Assembly (NCBI GenBank): GCA_963575745.1
Contig: CAUYUJ010000086.1
Coordinates: forward strand, 1-64,000
Reading direction: 5' to 3'
Length of the DNA: 64,000 nucleotides
DNA from: Prorocentrum cordatum
Taxonomy: Eukaryota
A program made the position numbers and the translations under genes. The notes under the pieces are model-generated. The model made no database searches. It had not been told where the DNA came from and saw only the letters and a list, made by a program, of their open reading frames with translations. Positions 61,278-64,000 of the stretch are shown in pieces. Each line of letters begins with the position of its first letter. The stretch's first letter is position 1.

Positions 61278-62629
61278 GCGAATGGAGCGGTGCAACCCCT
61301 GGTGCACGGTCACGCGTCGCACTGCGCCGGCCCCCCTCCCAGGCCCCAGCCCCTATGGCCAGCCACCGCCCTACCTCCAGCCGGGGCCCTACGGCCAGCC
61401 GGCGCCTGCCATGGGCATGGGTGCCATTCCTCCTGTGGGCGGCGGTTGTCTCCCTCCTCGCGTCGTGAAAGCAGTCACGACTGAGGTGTTTTGGCCGTCT
61501 TCGGCCTCCAGAGGTTTGCGCCGGGCCCTGGGACCGTCGAGGAACGACTCGGGACGAAAGCCAGGTCCGAGGGAAGGGTCGGGACCTTTGGGGGTCTAAT
61601 TTTGGAAGAAGTCACAACGTGAGGAGCTCGATGATCCTCAGGCCGTGCGCGACAGTTGAACCGCATCAGAAGGACGAACAGCTTGCCACTGGCATCTTGC
61701 ATCCCTTGCCTTGACGGCCCATCCGTAGATCACTTGTTTGTTCGTTATGCCTCAACTCGGACGTCCAATGGAGTTTACATCATTACCGCGCGTCCTTACG
61801 ATCTGGTCGTACCGTAGCCCAATGCGTAGTTGGTTTTCCCGTTCAGCTCCACCGATAGCACGCATTCAGTGTCGGGCCTCACTGAGCCGCCTGGTTCGTG
61901 CTAAAGGGCTTTGTTGGTCAAGCACACGGAGTGCGGTAACACACGTTCTGAGGATCATCGAGTTGCAGGCTGGGAGATATTCATAATGTATGTATATGTA
62001 TACATAAGAGGTTGTAAGGCTCGCTGCGCTTCGCCTTGTAATATTGATCCTAGCACCTACATGTTTGATTGACTCTGCGGTAAACATATTGATGTAGCCC
62101 CAGCGCTGCTACGACCCTTCCCGAACGTGATGTTGGAGAGGCTAACCTGGCGCAGCCCCGATTGGCAACAGACCCGACTTGTTCCGTCCAAACCGAACGC
62201 CAGGTTCGGCACTTGCCCAGCACGAAGGGACGGCAGCTGCGGTCGCCAGTTGTCTTGCGCCGGAGGTGGCGCTCGCAAAAGACGGATGTAGCCGAGGCTC
62301 AAATGAGAGTATCAGTCTCACGCACGGATGCGGCCGGCGTTGCGGCGGTAGCACAAATCTGGAAACGGATGCGGCTGGCGCTTGGACGGAGCACCATTCT
62401 CCCGTGAGGGCCGTGGGAACCGTGCGAGTGGAGCGGCATCACAATAGTCAATCAGGGGTGTGGCTGGCGCTGCGGAATGAGTGCCGCGTTCCATGAAGGA
62501 TTTGGCCAGCGCACAGACGGCAGCATGTCCCAGACAGGGGTGTGGCCAGCGCTCGGGCGAGAGCGCCAATCCCATGCAGGAATGGGGCTTGTGCGCGACC
62601 GGCAGCATCATCTGCAATGAGGGCTGTGG

Positions 62630-63330
62630 CCTCTTGAAGCCTTGGGAAGCTTTCTGGGAGTCTTTTGGAAGCATTCTGGAAACTCTGGGGGCCTCTTGGG
62701 CTTTCTTGGGGTCCTTTTGGGGCTCTTTTGGGCCGGCTGTGGGCCCTCTTGGGCGGACCTGGGGAGCTGGGGCCGGTTTGGAGCCCTCTGGGGGTCCTCT
62801 TTGGCCGTCCAGGGGGCCTCCTATGCCTCTCTTGGAGCTCCCTTGGGGCCCCTGCGGGACCCTCTGGGGCCCCTCTTGGCCGTCTTGGGACTCTCTTGGG
62901 CCGTCTCAGAGCCCTCTTGGGCTGTCTTGGGGCTCTCTTGATGGCCTCTTGGGCTGTCTTGGGGCGATCTCGGGGGCCTCTTGGCCAATCTTGGACGCTG
63001 TCAGAGCCGGAGAAGCGAATATGCTAAAAATGCACGTTTCCCGCACGGAATTTGATGATTGTTGCCTCTTGGGGGCCTTCGGGGGCCTTCGGGGGCCTCT
63101 TGGGCTGTTTTCAAGTCTCTCTGGTCGTGAAGAAGCCGTCTTGGGCTCTCTCTCGGAGCGCTCTCGGGCCGTCTTGGGGCGATCTCGGGCCTTTCTGAGG
63201 GCGTCAGGGAAGTGCCTTTCGCCGTCTGGGGAGCCCGATGTAAGCCCCGCTGAACGCATTGTGGAGCTCTCTTGGGGGCCTGTTCGGCCATCAGGGGGGG
63301 CTGAAGGCGTATGCCTCCCCCCCTCGGGGT
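62630..63330 (+). repeat. Dispersed cttggg-type repeat
   Basis: ~11-bp units and the A-rich spacer shared with 46881-46930. Confidence 0.75.
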
Positions 63331-63391
63331 GGGGGTGACGGTGATATGCAGGGTTTTTCATCAAATTTTCATCGGTCGAATATGTACATTT

Positions 63392-63496
63392 GTGTATATG
63401 TATACATATATTTATGTATATATATATATATATGTATATGTATATATATATATATGTGTGTATGTAAGTGTGTGTGTATATATATATATATATATT
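63392..63496. repeat. (TA)n/(TG)n microsatellite
   Basis: Seen directly. Confidence 0.95.
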
Positions 63497-64000
63497 AAGC
63501 ATGTCGTGGTGCATCAGACGAGGCACGAGTGAATGTAACGTACAGCGCGCTCAGGACGGGAGCGCTTGAGGCGCTGCTGTTATGTATCGTGGCCGAGCCA
63601 ATCGGGCTCGCAGCGGGATGCCAACGATTAGACGAGCACGGAGTTGTTTGCGCCCCCTGCTGTTGCGCCTCGGCAGCTTCGCCTTCGGTCCGCTGCCTCG
63701 GCAGTCCGCGTCGCATCTCCCAGAGCGCCCGCGCCTGCGGCCCGTCAGGCCGTGAACCATCATATCCCCATCCGATGCTTGGGGAGACCCTCGGGTTCAC
63801 ACAGCTCCAAGCCAGTCGGTGGATGCGGACCAGGTCCATGGGGTGTGTACCAGAGGGACCTGCGGGCTTGAGCGAGGGCAGGCTTCTTGCGCCCGACCTC
63901 GTGGGACGGGGCGCTTTGTCCGTGCACGCCTCCCCGCTGGCCGAGCGGCCTCTCCAGGTTGGGATGGATGCCATTTCCGTCGGGCACCGTGGCACCTCTC

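Noticed and set aside
61330..61470. Possible host exon encoding PYGQPPPY repeats
   Set aside because: Short and low-complexity, with no definable splice sites or partner exons.

Overview
Eukaryotic, repeat-dominated window, most likely from a GC-rich dinoflagellate (inferred from relic spliced-leader-like motifs and the repeat types). (1) 1-16.3 kb is a very large, recently disabled Helitron/Helentron-type rolling-circle transposon. Its roughly 5,400-codon + strand polyprotein is broken by 2 in-frame stops and about 5 frameshifts. It reads: Zn-finger/CW-like region, DUF6570-like region, HUH Rep, Pif1-type helicase, possible dead Ulp1-like domain, EEP/AP endonuclease, and a USP (C19) deubiquitinase-like domain. 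(2) 16.4-31.3 kb is a (TGTGTCTG)n/(GTCT)n satellite punctuated by nine copies of a ~100-bp GC-rich hairpin, with a ~4.7-kb higher-order period. (3) 31.3-43.7 kb is a dense nest of about 18 non-autonomous HINE/DINE-1-like elements. They show 13-15-bp subterminal inverted repeats, a 5' hairpin, ~177-bp internal repeats, a covarying 3' stem-loop ending CCAGT, no TSD, and insertion into one another after T (mostly AGT). (4) 43.7-64 kb holds mini- and microsatellites, dispersed repeats, a probable SL-bearing retrogene, a GT61 glycosyltransferase ORF and a 100-N gap. The best candidate for a new system is the autonomous Helentron carrying a USP domain, together with the self-targeting non-autonomous family that may share its 3' end. 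Domain calls come from motifs read by eye; no searches were run.
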